The notes beneath the pieces were generated by a model. It did no database searches. It had not been told where the DNA came from and saw only the letters and a program-made list of their open reading frames with translations. Below, one piece after another: positions 34,198 through 45,592 of a DNA stretch of 64,000 nt. Made by a program: the position numbers and the translations under genes. The stretch is from Williopsis jadinii (lineage: Eukaryota). Location of the stretch: positions 1,240,001 through 1,304,000 of the forward strand of contig AP024665.1 in the NCBI GenBank assembly GCA_024346625.1. Reading direction: 5' to 3'. Numbering within the stretch: the first letter of the stretch is position 1; every line of letters starts with the position of its first letter.

Positions 34198-36300
34198 TTA
34201 CTTCTTGCAGCAAGCTGAACCAGCAGAAGTGCTGTTGTCACTAACATATCTAGATGTAGTGTCCAAGAAGGACTTGACCTCAGTTGCACCACCTTCAGCC
34301 TTGACCTCGGAGGTGGTCTTAGCGTATGATGGTGGGATATCAAGAGCTGGGTTAGCTGTGAAGAAGTTTCTTGGTCTGATCAGCAAAGTGATTGGCTCAG
34401 AAGGCATTAATGGGTAATCCTCAGTAGCTGGAACGTGGGAGATACCGAAAGTGTGGAAGAGAATGAGATCAGTGTTCTCAATGTTATCGGTACCATCACC
34501 AATCCACTTCTTGATACCAATGTCTGGACCAGAGGATTGTGGAACAAAGACACCAGATGGATACAATCTGTCCTCCTCGTACTTGACAACAGAGGTTGTG
34601 TATCTGGCCCATGGGGCTCTGTTGGCTTGGATGGAGCCCTCCTTGGCCATCATCATTGGAGTTTGCATGGAAACAATCTTGTAGGAAGCTGGCTTTCCAG
34701 AGTACTTGTTGATAGAAGATGGGTTGATGATATCCCAGGTTCTAGCAGTAGCAGCGTTGGCCTGGGAAAGAGAGTCCGCAACGGTCTTGTAAACAGTTCC
34801 CTTACCGTACCAACCGTTACCGTATGGGTTCTCCTTGGAACCAAGAGGGTGCTCAGATGGCATGACATCGGCTTGAACAACAGAGTTGTTGTCACCGTCA
34901 ACACGTGGATCAATTCTCAAAGAGAACAAGTGTTGATGGTTGTGAGCGTTAACTTGTGGGTAAACAGTAGTACCCCATGGAGCAGTAACCTCACCAATGT
35001 TGGCAGCGTAAGTGTTCAGGATACCTGTAAGCTTGACGTCCAATCTGATGGAACCATCTTGCAAGAAGTTCCAGTAAATACAGTACTCGTAGTTAGCAGC
35101 AGTGAAGATTTGAGAAATGATCAATCTTGTAGCTCTGGTAACAATGGTGGTAGCAAAGTCATCTCTGAAATCAGAGTGCTTGAACAAGATACCCTCATCC
35201 TCCTCGTGGATACAGACAGCGTGCTTGACGGTCAATGGGGCACCAGATCTGTCACAGAAGTGAGCATCCAAGTACTTGATCACACCCTTACAGTCACAAC
35301 CAAGAGCCAATGGGTTGGTCATGTAACCGGCACCGTACTCACCGATATCCAAGGCGTGCTTTCTGTAGTGCTTGAAAGATGGGTCACCGTATGGCACAAC
35401 CATCTCAGCAAGAGACATTCTGTGGAAGATTGGTCTGACGTTACCGTGGTCGTTGAAAGTAATATCAGAAAGAACAATACCTTCTCTGTAGTTGAAACCA
35501 ATGTGGAACTTGAAGTTGGACCACTCCATGATGTTACCGGTCATCTTGAAGGAAACACCTTCTGGTTGAGTGATGTTGATTGGCTTCACATCGGTTCTGT
35601 AGCCGTGCTTCTTAACAGCATCGGATGGGTAGAAGTTTGAAGGTGGCTGCTTAGACAATGGTCTTCTAACCTCTGGAATATCGATGAAGATAACCTTCTT
35701 CTCCTCAGTATCAACAATTGGAAGGAAGTCCAATGGGAAGTTGTATTGGGAGTCATCCTCGTGTGGTCTGTAGTACATCATAGCTTGTTGCAATCTGTGA
35801 GCAGAACCCCATCTGGCGTCGTAACCGATGGTCCATGGGTCACAGTACACCTTGTGCATGTCTTCAGCTGGAATACCAGAAAGAACACATTGCTCGATGA
35901 CCTTTGGATCAGTTCTGATAACCTGCTCAGTGTACTGCAAATCCTCAACCGTCAAGATTGGTTGGACACCCTCAATGTGCTGCAAGCCTGTGATGTTCAA
36001 GTTCACCAGGTCAACAATACCTTCCTGGATACCAGCCTTACCAGCCTCCAGGAGGAAGAACTGTGCCATTCTTGGTGGAACAGGACCGTTGTGTTCTTTC
36101 CACTCGTAGTAGGACTTCTTGGTAGGCTCTCTCAAGGTAACAGTGTTGAAAGAGATCTTACGAGAGCCATACTCCTTCTTGACGATGGCGACAACTGCGC
36201 TGATCTCCTCTGGAGAGAGAGGGTCCAATGGATGTTGTGGTGGAGCTGGTGCTTTCAAAGAAGCAGTAGCCTGAGAAGCGATTTGTTGAAGACGTTCCAT
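34198..36300 (-). CDS. AMO1: Copper/TPQ-dependent primary amine oxidase, probably peroxisomal
   Basis: HPLDPLS, TPQ consensus ANYEY, Cu ligands HNHQH and HVP; N-terminal RLQQIASQA is PTS2-like; strong codon bias. Confidence 0.95.
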   Translation of the reverse strand: MERLQQIASQATASLKAPAPPQHPLDPLSPEEISAVVAIVKKEYGSRKISFNTVTLREPTKKSYYEWKEHNGPVPPRMAQFFLLEAGKAGIQEGIVDLVNLNITGLQHIEGVQPILTVEDLQYTEQVIRTDPKVIEQCVLSGIPAEDMHKVYCDPWTIGYDARWGSAHRLQQAMMYYRPHEDDSQYNFPLDFLPIVDTEEKKVIFIDIPEVRRPLSKQPPSNFYPSDAVKKHGYRTDVKPINITQPEGVSFKMTGNIMEWSNFKFHIGFNYREGIVLSDITFNDHGNVRPIFHRMSLAEMVVPYGDPSFKHYRKHALDIGEYGAGYMTNPLALGCDCKGVIKYLDAHFCDRSGAPLTVKHAVCIHEEDEGILFKHSDFRDDFATTIVTRATRLIISQIFTAANYEYCIYWNFLQDGSIRLDVKLTGILNTYAANIGEVTAPWGTTVYPQVNAHNHQHLFSLRIDPRVDGDNNSVVQADVMPSEHPLGSKENPYGNGWYGKGTVYKTVADSLSQANAATARTWDIINPSSINKYSGKPASYKIVSMQTPMMMAKEGSIQANRAPWARYTTSVVKYEEDRLYPSGVFVPQSSGPDIGIKKWIGDGTDNIENTDLILFHTFGISHVPATEDYPLMPSEPITLLIRPRNFFTANPALDIPPSYAKTTSEVKAEGGATEVKSFLDTTSRYVSDNSTSAGSACCKK

Positions 36301-36372
36301 TGTTTGTTGATTGTGATGATGAGGGAAGAAAACTGAACCAAAGACATGCCAATTGGAAGATTCTCACCATCA

Positions 36373-36479
36373 TTTATATATCAATTGGTTGGCCATTGTC
36401 CATGGATGCTCATCGTTCTTATCGTAATATTTTATCCGTTTTAGGAAACTAAGTCCAGACACCCAGCCAGGCCGATAAG
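36373..36479 (-). promoter_or_regulatory. TATA box plus GATA sites (nitrogen catabolite regulation) of the amine oxidase
   Basis: TATATAAA (minus, 36373-36380); CTTATC 36418, TTTATC 36431, GATAAG 36474. Confidence 0.55.
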
Positions 36480-36728
36480 GCGCGGATATTCCCAAAACGG
36501 AAATTTGAAACGCTTCACGGGATTTCAACGCTGAACCGTTTTGTAGCAGCAAAAATCATTGGACGCAGATCGCATAATCTACAAAGCCTTGGATATTTGC
36601 ACTGCAAGTACTAACGCTTCCCATTTCACAATGTCAAATTAAGATTGTCGGATAATTAAACGTCTGGTGCTTGGTGTTGCCAGGTTTTTTTTTGCCCTTG
36701 GTGTGTTGTTTTCTCCTTGGGCTTCATG

Positions 36729-39700
36729 CTAAAGCGTCAAATGGGGTACTGAGCCACCACCAGCCTCAGCTCCATCAACGTCAGTGTAGTTTGTAGATCT
36801 GGAGTTCTTTTTGCCGAGATGGCGTCTACGCTTCTCGACAAAGCTCAGTCCGCTGATGGCCTTGCCAACTTGCTTGTCGTCGTCCTGATGGACCAAATCG
36901 TCGTTTCCGAGATATAGGACCTTCATGATGTTACCAAATGCAACCACTATGGACTTGTGCCCGAACTTCGCAACCTGGGATACAGAATTGACCAATAATC
37001 CCTCAGAGTTACCCAAGGATGGGATGTCGTATGTGTCAAACTCTCCATCGGCCTTTAAAACCCAGCCCTCCCACAAATCAAAGTCCTTTTCATCAGTCTT
37101 AGCTCTTCTGCGACGCAGCCCGTCGTTTTGGTGAACACCATTACTGCGTCTCTTAACTCCCATCACCTGGTTTGTGTCGGTAACGCACCAACCTTCCACA
37201 TCTTCACGTTGATATACATGCTCTGTGACTTGTTCAAAACCGACACATCTAATTTCACGAGGGTCACGCTCGACACGGAGGCAGATCGACGTCTTTGCCC
37301 GATGGTCAACAGTGAAGGTATGTACGACAACGGTGTTGGTATTGGCTAATGTGTATGCCACGGAGAATGAGGCAAGAGATACAGAACCACAGAAGCGACA
37401 GTGGGTAGGCTGGTCATGGAAGACGCAGAAGGAGCCTCTCTTGTACTTCATTATGGAGAAAGACTTTATCAAGATTCCAGTTTGCACGTCAACTAATTCG
37501 GCAACCGTACCAGCAGTACGCACCATGAAACCAACAAATGGAACAATGGAAATTTCTGACCTTGTATAATCGGCAGATGGTTGTTGGGGTGCAGATATGA
37601 GACTGTTTGGATTATTGAATCTGTTCGTCTCCACAGTGACGAAACGGGATCTCCACTTGTTATTAACAGCGGTAGATACAAGGAGCTGGCCATCTTTTGT
37701 CAGTGATACCAAACGATCGTTAACACGCGGGGTTATTAGTTTGGCACAGGATACCAATTCGGTGTTCGATAGTTTCTCTTTGGTCAACTTCCCTTCCTGG
37801 CAAGATATGGTTAAAAGGTCACCATTCTGTAAAATGATGACAAAATCTTCCAATTCGTTGGTGACATTTGCATTATTTCCAAAGGCAGTAGTTGCACCTA
37901 GGTGAGGGGATGTGATTGATCTCATGCTGTTCCTTCTTGATGTTGGAGGTGACGCCACGGTCTGGCTCAATAGCATTTCTCTTCTCTTTCTCATGGCAAA
38001 TGCGGGTACAGTCTTGTGTCTGAAGAAGGCCTCAAGTGGTGAACTGTTCCTCAATATTTCCAGTTCAAATCTCCATATCCACGTCATCGATAATCTTGAC
38101 CAACATTGTACAACCCCTGATTTCGAAAAGGCTGCAATATAATTGCCATGAGAGCTCAAAACAACGTTGGTGATTGGCCATAGCCCTGTACTGAGTGGTA
38201 GTTGTGATGGCATTGGAATCGGTTGGGATAGGGGAGACCAAATCAGTACCTTATGGTCTAACCCTATGGATACGATGAACGGAGACCTCGACGTGGTAAT
38301 TTTGATAATATCCAAAAAATGGGAGCCACTTAGTACCTTAGTTTGGAAAGAGTGCTCCTTTTCGTCAAGCTTCTTCAGTGAATCCTCCTCATGCGAAGCC
38401 AGATTTGGCGAGAAATGCTTCAGTGCGATCATTGACAATGATAAGGTCAGAATCAGGAGGGTAAGGAACTCCAAAATATAAAAGATGTCAAATTTGTAAG
38501 ACGTGTGTAATCTGAAGCCATTCATGATCGTATTACTAGCAAAACTGGCAGTAACAGGCGCATCAATAGACACCAGAACCTTTTGATGTGAAGCTTTCAA
38601 TCCAATAGCTTGGATTATATCACCACTGAACACCTTCTTGGTTAAAAAGTTGGCGCTGTCACTAATCTCGTCAGTTGAACCATACGACCCACCCATCCAT
38701 CTTAGATTCAGACAGACGATGAACGAAATTATAAGAAGAAAGCCTGTAATTTTTGTCGAAAATGGGAGGGAGATTTTGCGTGTGTACTCCTTGAATGTTG
38801 ATGATTCGGTGTTGGTGTCATCAATTAAATCGTGTAGTTCAAGTCTGTGGATATCGATACTCAGTACGCTAGCAAAGAAAGTCAAGTGTAGGATATGACT
38901 AAAGATCAAGGCAAACCCTGTAAATACACAAAATATCTTTGAGTTTGGAATGACATAAGGGTAGCATACACGTAGGATCAACAGGTCGACCGTCATGACA
39001 AACGTTGAAGTTAATCCAGAGCGTTCCAATCCTTTTGATAATCTGTATGCAACGTTCATCTCACCTGGGATTTCTGATATCACTGACACCAAGCGAAACA
39101 TATTTTCCACTCCACACACGATGACCAAGAAGGGTAACAAGTGCAAGGGTATTTCGTAAAAATCAACCTCTGTAAAGAACACAGTAGTGAGCGTTGCTGC
39201 AGAAAAGATTGAGAGTACCATCTCCGTGACAAATGCAAGAAGGAGACCACATTTAGAGGTCACCATTGTGAGGTTATTGAGAGATATCAGAGTATAAATG
39301 ACAACCAAGACATAACAACTAGATACTATTAGGTGATCTGCAAATGTCATTCTGGTAAATTCCAAGATATAGTCGGAGCGCAGAGGTTCATTTTGCGCCT
39401 GCTCAAAAGTAAAGTGTACATCTGTATTATTTGACAAGGATTTGAAGTTTTCATCCCAGATCTCTCCATACTTCTGATCCGTTGTATACATCATCAATAG
39501 CCTCAATGCCTGAGCACTTTTCATTATCCCATTGACGCTCACACCTCCTGATAATAGCCCTATTGACTCTTTCTGCGAGATTGATTTATCCCACTCCCCA
39601 GACGATAGTGGAGAATGGACAAAGACCGAGTCCTGCGGGATATTCTTCATCATGCTCTCCTGGACTTGAAGCACTTCCTGGAGGAACTTTGGATCCAATG

Positions 39701-40052
39701 CCCCTTGATCCATGCTCTTATCCCAATCCACTAGGCTTTCGGGCTGAAACCATATCTGTTTCACCTCCATCTGCGGCAGGGAGCCCACAGCATGTACTGA
39801 GGGTGCTGCCGGATATAGCTCTGTGATGTATTCAAACTCCAGCTGCTCCCCAGAGCTCAGCAGAGCACACAGCGAAGGGTACGATAGTGTGAACCCAACA
39901 GTCAGTGGTATCATGATAAACAAGGTCTGGTTCCTCACAATTCGAAGCGCCAAATGTCCGTACAAGTGCCGTAGACGTGTGATATACCTCGTATTCACAT
40001 ATCTCCATAGAACTAGGAGCAGAGAGCCAATGAACCGTAGAAAGTCAAGCAT
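36729..40052 (-). CDS. SREBP cleavage-activating protein (SCAP/Scp1) homolog
   Basis: Sterol-sensing domain (SKCGLLLAFV, LPFLVIVCGVENMFRL, LHLTFFASVLSIDIHRLEL) followed by WD40-like region (IVSIGLDHKVLIW; HCRFCG). Confidence 0.87.
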   Translation of the reverse strand: MLDFLRFIGSLLLVLWRYVNTRYITRLRHLYGHLALRIVRNQTLFIMIPLTVGFTLSYPSLCALLSSGEQLEFEYITELYPAAPSVHAVGSLPQMEVKQIWFQPESLVDWDKSMDQGALDPKFLQEVLQVQESMMKNIPQDSVFVHSPLSSGEWDKSISQKESIGLLSGGVSVNGIMKSAQALRLLMMYTTDQKYGEIWDENFKSLSNNTDVHFTFEQAQNEPLRSDYILEFTRMTFADHLIVSSCYVLVVIYTLISLNNLTMVTSKCGLLLAFVTEMVLSIFSAATLTTVFFTEVDFYEIPLHLLPFLVIVCGVENMFRLVSVISEIPGEMNVAYRLSKGLERSGLTSTFVMTVDLLILRVCYPYVIPNSKIFCVFTGFALIFSHILHLTFFASVLSIDIHRLELHDLIDDTNTESSTFKEYTRKISLPFSTKITGFLLIISFIVCLNLRWMGGSYGSTDEISDSANFLTKKVFSGDIIQAIGLKASHQKVLVSIDAPVTASFASNTIMNGFRLHTSYKFDIFYILEFLTLLILTLSLSMIALKHFSPNLASHEEDSLKKLDEKEHSFQTKVLSGSHFLDIIKITTSRSPFIVSIGLDHKVLIWSPLSQPIPMPSQLPLSTGLWPITNVVLSSHGNYIAAFSKSGVVQCWSRLSMTWIWRFELEILRNSSPLEAFFRHKTVPAFAMRKRREMLLSQTVASPPTSRRNSMRSITSPHLGATTAFGNNANVTNELEDFVIILQNGDLLTISCQEGKLTKEKLSNTELVSCAKLITPRVNDRLVSLTKDGQLLVSTAVNNKWRSRFVTVETNRFNNPNSLISAPQQPSADYTRSEISIVPFVGFMVRTAGTVAELVDVQTGILIKSFSIMKYKRGSFCVFHDQPTHCRFCGSVSLASFSVAYTLANTNTVVVHTFTVDHRAKTSICLRVERDPREIRCVGFEQVTEHVYQREDVEGWCVTDTNQVMGVKRRSNGVHQNDGLRRRRAKTDEKDFDLWEGWVLKADGEFDTYDIPSLGNSEGLLVNSVSQVAKFGHKSIVVAFGNIMKVLYLGNDDLVHQDDDKQVGKAISGLSFVEKRRRHLGKKNSRSTNYTDVDGAEAGGGSVPHLTL

Positions 40053-40439
40053 TGTTATGTGTACCTATGTTTCTATACCTGTGTAAAGAGAGCCGCCTAG
40101 TGTATCTCCCTTAGCCGCCCGTGTGTTCAATCGCTATTGCCGTTGTTTATTTCTTGTCGTTCTGTCCCGAAGAGCTGTGTATGTTTTTTGATGTTTTTTC
40201 TCTCCCGCCCTTTTTGTGTTGATGAGGATTCTCTCTGCTCTCCAAATTCCGTCCTTTTGGGCGTGCGTCTTCCCTCCCACAGGCTCGCTAAAATACTTAG
40301 GCTCACAGAAGGGGATTTTGAAACCGACTGGGGCTTCCGAAGCCGCGCGGGCCCGCGCGCTGACTGAAGGGAAGTGATTTGCGCTACAGGAGAATTTAGG
40401 GCGAAACAACAAAACTATTCGTTAATACTAAGACGAGAG

Positions 40440-41358
40440 TCACTTAGTTCCCAAGGAGGTGATTTGCAATTGACTCATTTCCGTCAACAATTGGCTCATA
40501 CGATCGTCTAGCAAGCCTTGGGAGTAGGCGTCACGGTCTCCTTCGTTGAGGTAGTTCTGTATCTGGGCCAAACGGGTGTAACCTTCTGTACAGAATCTCA
40601 TCTGGATCTTCACAAGGGCCTCGAATGAGGGGTCGAAATAAGGGACTCTGAGGGAGATCAACTGTGGCAATTCCTCCTTTAGCTGGTCGTTCAACTGGTC
40701 AAACACCTCCTTTGCGAGTTGTAGCTCCTTCTCTGCTCTTGGAAGCTTAGCTGCATCCTTTGCAGGCTTATCCACTAGTCTACGCACCTTGGCCTTTGCG
40801 CCCTCGTAGTCCACCTTCTTGTGTGCTCTTTTCTTGATGGCCTCGTCAATCTCTGTGAAATACTGCGTGAAAGTGGTGATTGGTGTCAAAACGGTTTCAC
40901 GGAATGGCCCGTCAAGCTGCTTCACCGTCTCGCTGTCAAACTCTGTGACGCACTGCAAATAGTAGTTACCAACGTTACTGGACCCGCCCATGGACTTGGA
41001 ATCGTCATAGAGCGAGGAGATCACCTCTGCAATACGGACCTGTGAGTTCGTCATTGCACGGATGGAGTCCAAGTAACCCTTTGCCTCCTTCTCCAACTGC
41101 TTCCCTGCTGTGTTGAGTCTATCGTTGAGTGTTAGTAGCCTCACCACCGCTTCACACAGTGCATACTCACGTCTTGTAACGTCTCTCTTCAATGTCATAG
41201 TCTTTGTCACTAGTACGGTCCGTGTTCTTCACAAGCGCCTGTGTTTCACATTAATCCCCGGTTAGCCATGTCCAAAACCTTCAATTTCATTCGCATAGAT
41301 CGCCACATACCTGTGTGCCTGCTCTGGAAACAGCCTTCTTGAACCCTGTCCAACTCAT
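40440..41358 (-). CDS. RVS161: BAR-domain amphiphysin; introns 41239-41310 and 41119-41170
   Basis: Spliced MSWTGFKKAVSRAGTQ|ALVKNTDRTSDKDYDIEERRYKT|LNTAGKQLEKEAKGYLDS...LPRAEKEL...FDPSFEALVKIQ; introns GTATGT..GCTAAC..CAG and GTGAGT..TACTAAC..TAG. Confidence 0.95.
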
Positions 41359-41644
41359 ATTCTCCTGAAGATGTTTTCCTCTTTACTTCCCTGCAATTGC
41401 GGGCTCCTTGCTTGTGGTCTGTGGTTTGTGGTTTCAGGTGTGTGAGATTTGCCCAAACCGAGCTCCCCTTAAAAAAAGCCCAATTTAGTGGTGGAGATGG
41501 GCCGGCCGGCACAGCTCTTTGTGGTGTTTGTTGTCAAGGGCAACAACGCTACATAGGCGGGTATAAAAGGCAATACAAACTTGTACTCTTAAGATCACTT
41601 CTAATAGAGTCGAATATATAACTATGGCTCGCGGCAAGCTGTCT

Positions 41645-42916
41645 CTATAGTTTTGAGTCTGTTGGCTTGATGCCGATACCGTTGACGTTTCTGTACATTC
41701 TGACACCGTTGTCGCCCTCGACAAACTGGCAGGATCTGATGACTTTCCACAAGGAAAGCCACATGTTTTCACCTTCGTATCTGTAGTGCTCTCCCATGAC
41801 CTTTTGGATAGCGGCGCTAGCCTCTCTAGCGTTGTAGAATGGGATTCTTGAGACGTAGTGGTGGAGGACGTGTGTCTCGATGATGTCGTGGAAGATGTGT
41901 TGGCCGACAAATCCAAAGTTTCTGTCGATAGTGGCGGCGGCACCTTTGGCGAATGTCCATTCTGAATCATCGTAATGAGGCATTGTTGGGTCTGTGTGCT
42001 GCAGGAAGGTGACGAAGACCAGCCAATGGTTGACCCACATGAATGGGACGAACCAGTTGATGAAAGCAGACCAAGCGCTGAAGGTCTTGGACCACCAGTA
42101 GACAAGGGCAAAGGTGCACAGCATACCAATATCGGACAGGACGATATACCAGTACTCCTTCTTCTCAAAGATTGGCGAGGATGGGTTGAAGTGGGATCTA
42201 CCAAGTGCAGAGTACTCAGGGTGAGGTTGGCCTGTTGCGTTGGTGAGGAGGTAGAAGTGCAAACCACCGATCTGTTGGAAGATGAGCGTAAGGAAACTCA
42301 TGATTGGCGTCTCCTCTGCAACTTCTGAGATCACTGATTTCCCCTTCATTTCGACATACTCCTCCTTGGTGTAAGGGACAAAGACCATGTCTCTTGTCAA
42401 ATGACCAGTGGCCTTGTGGTGTTTACCGTGGGAGAACTTCCAGGAGAAGTACGGAACAAGCAAATACGAGTGCAAGATCCAGCCAACCGTGTCGTTGACC
42501 CAGGTGTAATCACTAAAGGCACCGTGACCACACTCATGAGCCAAAATCCACAACCCAAAGGCGAAGAGACCCAAGCAGTAGGCATAGACGTTCCACAGAA
42601 CGAATCTGATGGCCTGGCTCTCAACAAGTGGGATCAGTCTGTAACCAACGTTTCCGATGATGGTCATACAGATGATGTCTCTGGCAACATAACCAAGAGA
42701 TCTAACGAGACTTCTCTCGTAGCAGTGCTTTGGAATGGCACTCAAGATGTCCTTGATGGTGTAATCAGGAACTTTGAACACGTTACCATGTGTATCGATC
42801 GCAGTCTTCTGAACCTGTGACAGAGACGCAACATTACCAACTTTCGTTGTGCGTACTTCAGATGAATCTCCAGAATCACCTGGAACGCTGCTTCCAGAAA
42901 CGAACGTAGCAGACAT
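41645..42916 (-). CDS. FAD3: Omega-3 (delta-15) fatty acid desaturase
   Basis: His boxes HECGH, HGKHH, HVLHH; FGLWILAHECGHGAFSD and SWKFSH resemble yeast FAD3 more than FAD2 (TGLWVLAHECGHQAF); first ATG 42916. Confidence 0.85.
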   Translation of the reverse strand: MSATFVSGSSVPGDSGDSSEVRTTKVGNVASLSQVQKTAIDTHGNVFKVPDYTIKDILSAIPKHCYERSLVRSLGYVARDIICMTIIGNVGYRLIPLVESQAIRFVLWNVYAYCLGLFAFGLWILAHECGHGAFSDYTWVNDTVGWILHSYLLVPYFSWKFSHGKHHKATGHLTRDMVFVPYTKEEYVEMKGKSVISEVAEETPIMSFLTLIFQQIGGLHFYLLTNATGQPHPEYSALGRSHFNPSSPIFEKKEYWYIVLSDIGMLCTFALVYWWSKTFSAWSAFINWFVPFMWVNHWLVFVTFLQHTDPTMPHYDDSEWTFAKGAAATIDRNFGFVGQHIFHDIIETHVLHHYVSRIPFYNAREASAAIQKVMGEHYRYEGENMWLSLWKVIRSCQFVEGDNGVRMYRNVNGIGIKPTDSKL

Positions 42917-45515
42917 CGATAACGAATGAATACACACAGATTTCTCTGACAAAACCGAGGGAAAGGAAGAGACGATGTGAAGCACACAACTACAATTACA
43001 TTTTTTGCCCATACAGAAGTTTTTTCCACTCTGCTACTTGCAAATGTCCAGCTATAACTTCTTCGTGCAGGAAATTTGTTGAGATTTTTCCCATCCCCCG
43101 GGCAACGCACAAAGCCCGTCAAAATATGTTGGATTTGTCCATTTGTCCTGTACCGACATCGCAGTTCTTAAAATGTCCAGCACTGCCCAGCCGTGTAGGT
43201 AGACGCATTGATATCGCTGTGTGCCGATGGCTCTTTCTACTTGGGCGTGTCATCTAATCTGCATCACTTCTGATTGGGTTGATTCCGACATTCCTCCTTT
43301 TTCTCGTTGGTTTTCTGCAGTTCATTGCAAAGCTTTGGAATGGGCTTTTCAAATGATGATGACCTAGATAAAGCTCTAAAATAAGATGCTCAACGGTTGA
43401 AGATCGTCGGTGCATGGGAAAGTTTTTTTTGTCCCTTTAGCTTAACTTTGTTTGTTTCTTTTTGGGAGCAGCGTCACGAAAAGTCACGTGCCAGTTTAGA
43501 GCTTTGGGGAGTTAGAGTTTCCGGAAACCGTTACGCGCACGGCGGGCGCAGCAGGCGCAGCAGGCGCAGCGGTGATGGATCTCAGGTAGCAGTTTGGTTC
43601 ATACGCTTCATTCGAGTGACCCAGGTAGGGATTCATTTATACACCTTAAAGTCCCGAATTGTTGGTGAAGGAGATGGTTTTGAGTGCGGTTTGGCACGTA
43701 TTCCATCAATTGGGGTCCGCTTGGTGACTAGTCCAAGTTGAAGGTCTGCCAGTGGCTCTGATGTGTCCATATGATGAGAAGCACACATCCGGACATACAG
43801 GCTAGGATGGGACTTATATCTTTGGATAGACAAGGATCTTGTTCTTGGGAGTAAGGATAGGTATAGTTGTATGATGTAGTTTATGACTTGATGTGGAATG
43901 TTTGGAAATAATTGTAGTTTTCTGATCTATAACTGATGATTCTTTTATAATTTTGTATGCCTATTTTTTAAGAAGAAAACTGGAATCGTAAATTTGTTGG
44001 AGAATTTTAGATAGTGAGCTGAGTTTATAATATAATAAATATTTAGGTCCATTATGATAGTCCATACAAGGAGTGCATGTGAGTGAGTAAGTGAGGAGAC
44101 TCATAACTGTAGCCTGTTAACCTGGTAGAAGTATCATCGAGTTTGGCTCTGTATAGTGATTGTAGTAACCGTTCATTGTTGCTTCTCTAAACGTCCATAG
44201 TCATGCCACACCTATATGTCCAGCTTGCACTGTCATCAAACTAGTTGGTATAGTAGTTGGGGATACCTCTATGACCTCATGGCTGACGGGGTCATCTATG
44301 TTGATGTTCCAGATGATGTGTAGCATTATAACAGATAGTTGAGAAGAGATATAGTTTTAGATTCACTGGGGCACTTATCATATCGTTGTTTTTTCATTAC
44401 TGGTATATTTCATTGAATACGCTTAGCTTCAGGTAATATGGATAAGTCTCAGTTAATGAGAATTTTGTTATGAGTTAGGATCAAGGTAGTCACTTGGCAA
44501 TTTCCATCTCAGTTAATTCTACCAGTAAAATTATGCCCACACATGAGGAAGGACTCAAGCGAGTTATCAATGAATTACTGTAGAACCACCAGATTTATAT
44601 TTGAAATGAGATAAGACAAGCATGGTTTCGCTGATGATGAATCAATCATGCTGGTATTGTCATACGACTGAGGATATGTAAAAGTACATCGAAGAAAAAC
44701 CGTATCCTTATTTTGAACATGTATAGAAAAGTATCACTGAATATTCCTGATAGAGTCCCCAAATGAAATCTCACTAGAACGAAGTAGTCTTCAAATGTGG
44801 GAGCAGAACGAAAGCACTACTGGTGCAATTCCTAAAAGCAATGAAGAGACGGATCGGATCTTCGAATAAGTACTTAGTTCGAGATCCAACACTTTGAGAT
44901 AGTTTACTGATAAGGAGAACAACGCTCATGAAGCTATGGGACTTTTCACCAGGAAACTTCACGTGAAACAGAAACCTTTTTGGAGAAGACACCAGACACA
45001 ACTAGTGGAATTCTTAATCTCTTCATGGCCTCCTGCTATGACACCTTGTGTATTCAGTTACTAACTGTAAACGATCAAACAACATAATGTCCTCTCCAAG
45101 CGATTACCCTATTGTTACCTGAACCAGGAGACAATATAGAATAGACTCAATTAAAACTCACCGGGAGAACTCGATAACCTCTCTCGAAGTACTCAATTCC
45201 TGCATGTATAACAAACGAGAAGATAACCTGGTTTGCATGCGAGCTGGATGACATATCATCATGAATTTGGATCAACAGTATTTCTATCTGGAAGGGGACA
45301 ACTTCACTGTTTAATTACCGAGTGCAACTTTTCTCTCAGCCAACTAAGATTCGAGAAGAAAAGTATTGCAAGTGATATGGTATAACTCTAACTATTCTCC
45401 AAGAATATTCACCATGGTTATACTGTATGTTATACAGTATTTATCTCGGTGATTCATTCGACGATGCGTTCTCATGCGTGTATTGCATGCGATCAAAAAA
45501 AAAAGAACAAGTAAG

Positions 45516-45587
45516 CACTCACGCTGGGGGTCGAACCCAGAATCTTCTGATTAGAAGTCAGACGCGTTGCCATTACGCCACGCGAGC
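45516..45587 (-). tRNA. tRNA-Arg(TCT), identical to the copy at 7263
   Basis: Reverse complement matches 7263-7334 base for base; poly-T terminator (A-run at about 45495). Confidence 0.97.
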
Positions 45588-45592
45588 TTGCT

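Noticed and set aside
34435..35640. 401-aa plus-strand ORF
   Set aside because: Antisense shadow of the highly codon-biased amine oxidase; no recognisable motifs
41119..41210. ORF-track N-terminus MTKTMTLKRD... for RVS161
   Set aside because: Artefact of reading through intron 2; the spliced model gives the conserved MSWxGFKKA start
41485..42267. 260-aa alternative-frame ORF inside FAD3
   Set aside because: Ser/Thr-rich off-frame product of biased codon usage
44620..44645. GFADDE peptide resembling a non-LTR reverse transcriptase motif
   Set aside because: Isolated short match with no other RT motifs in register
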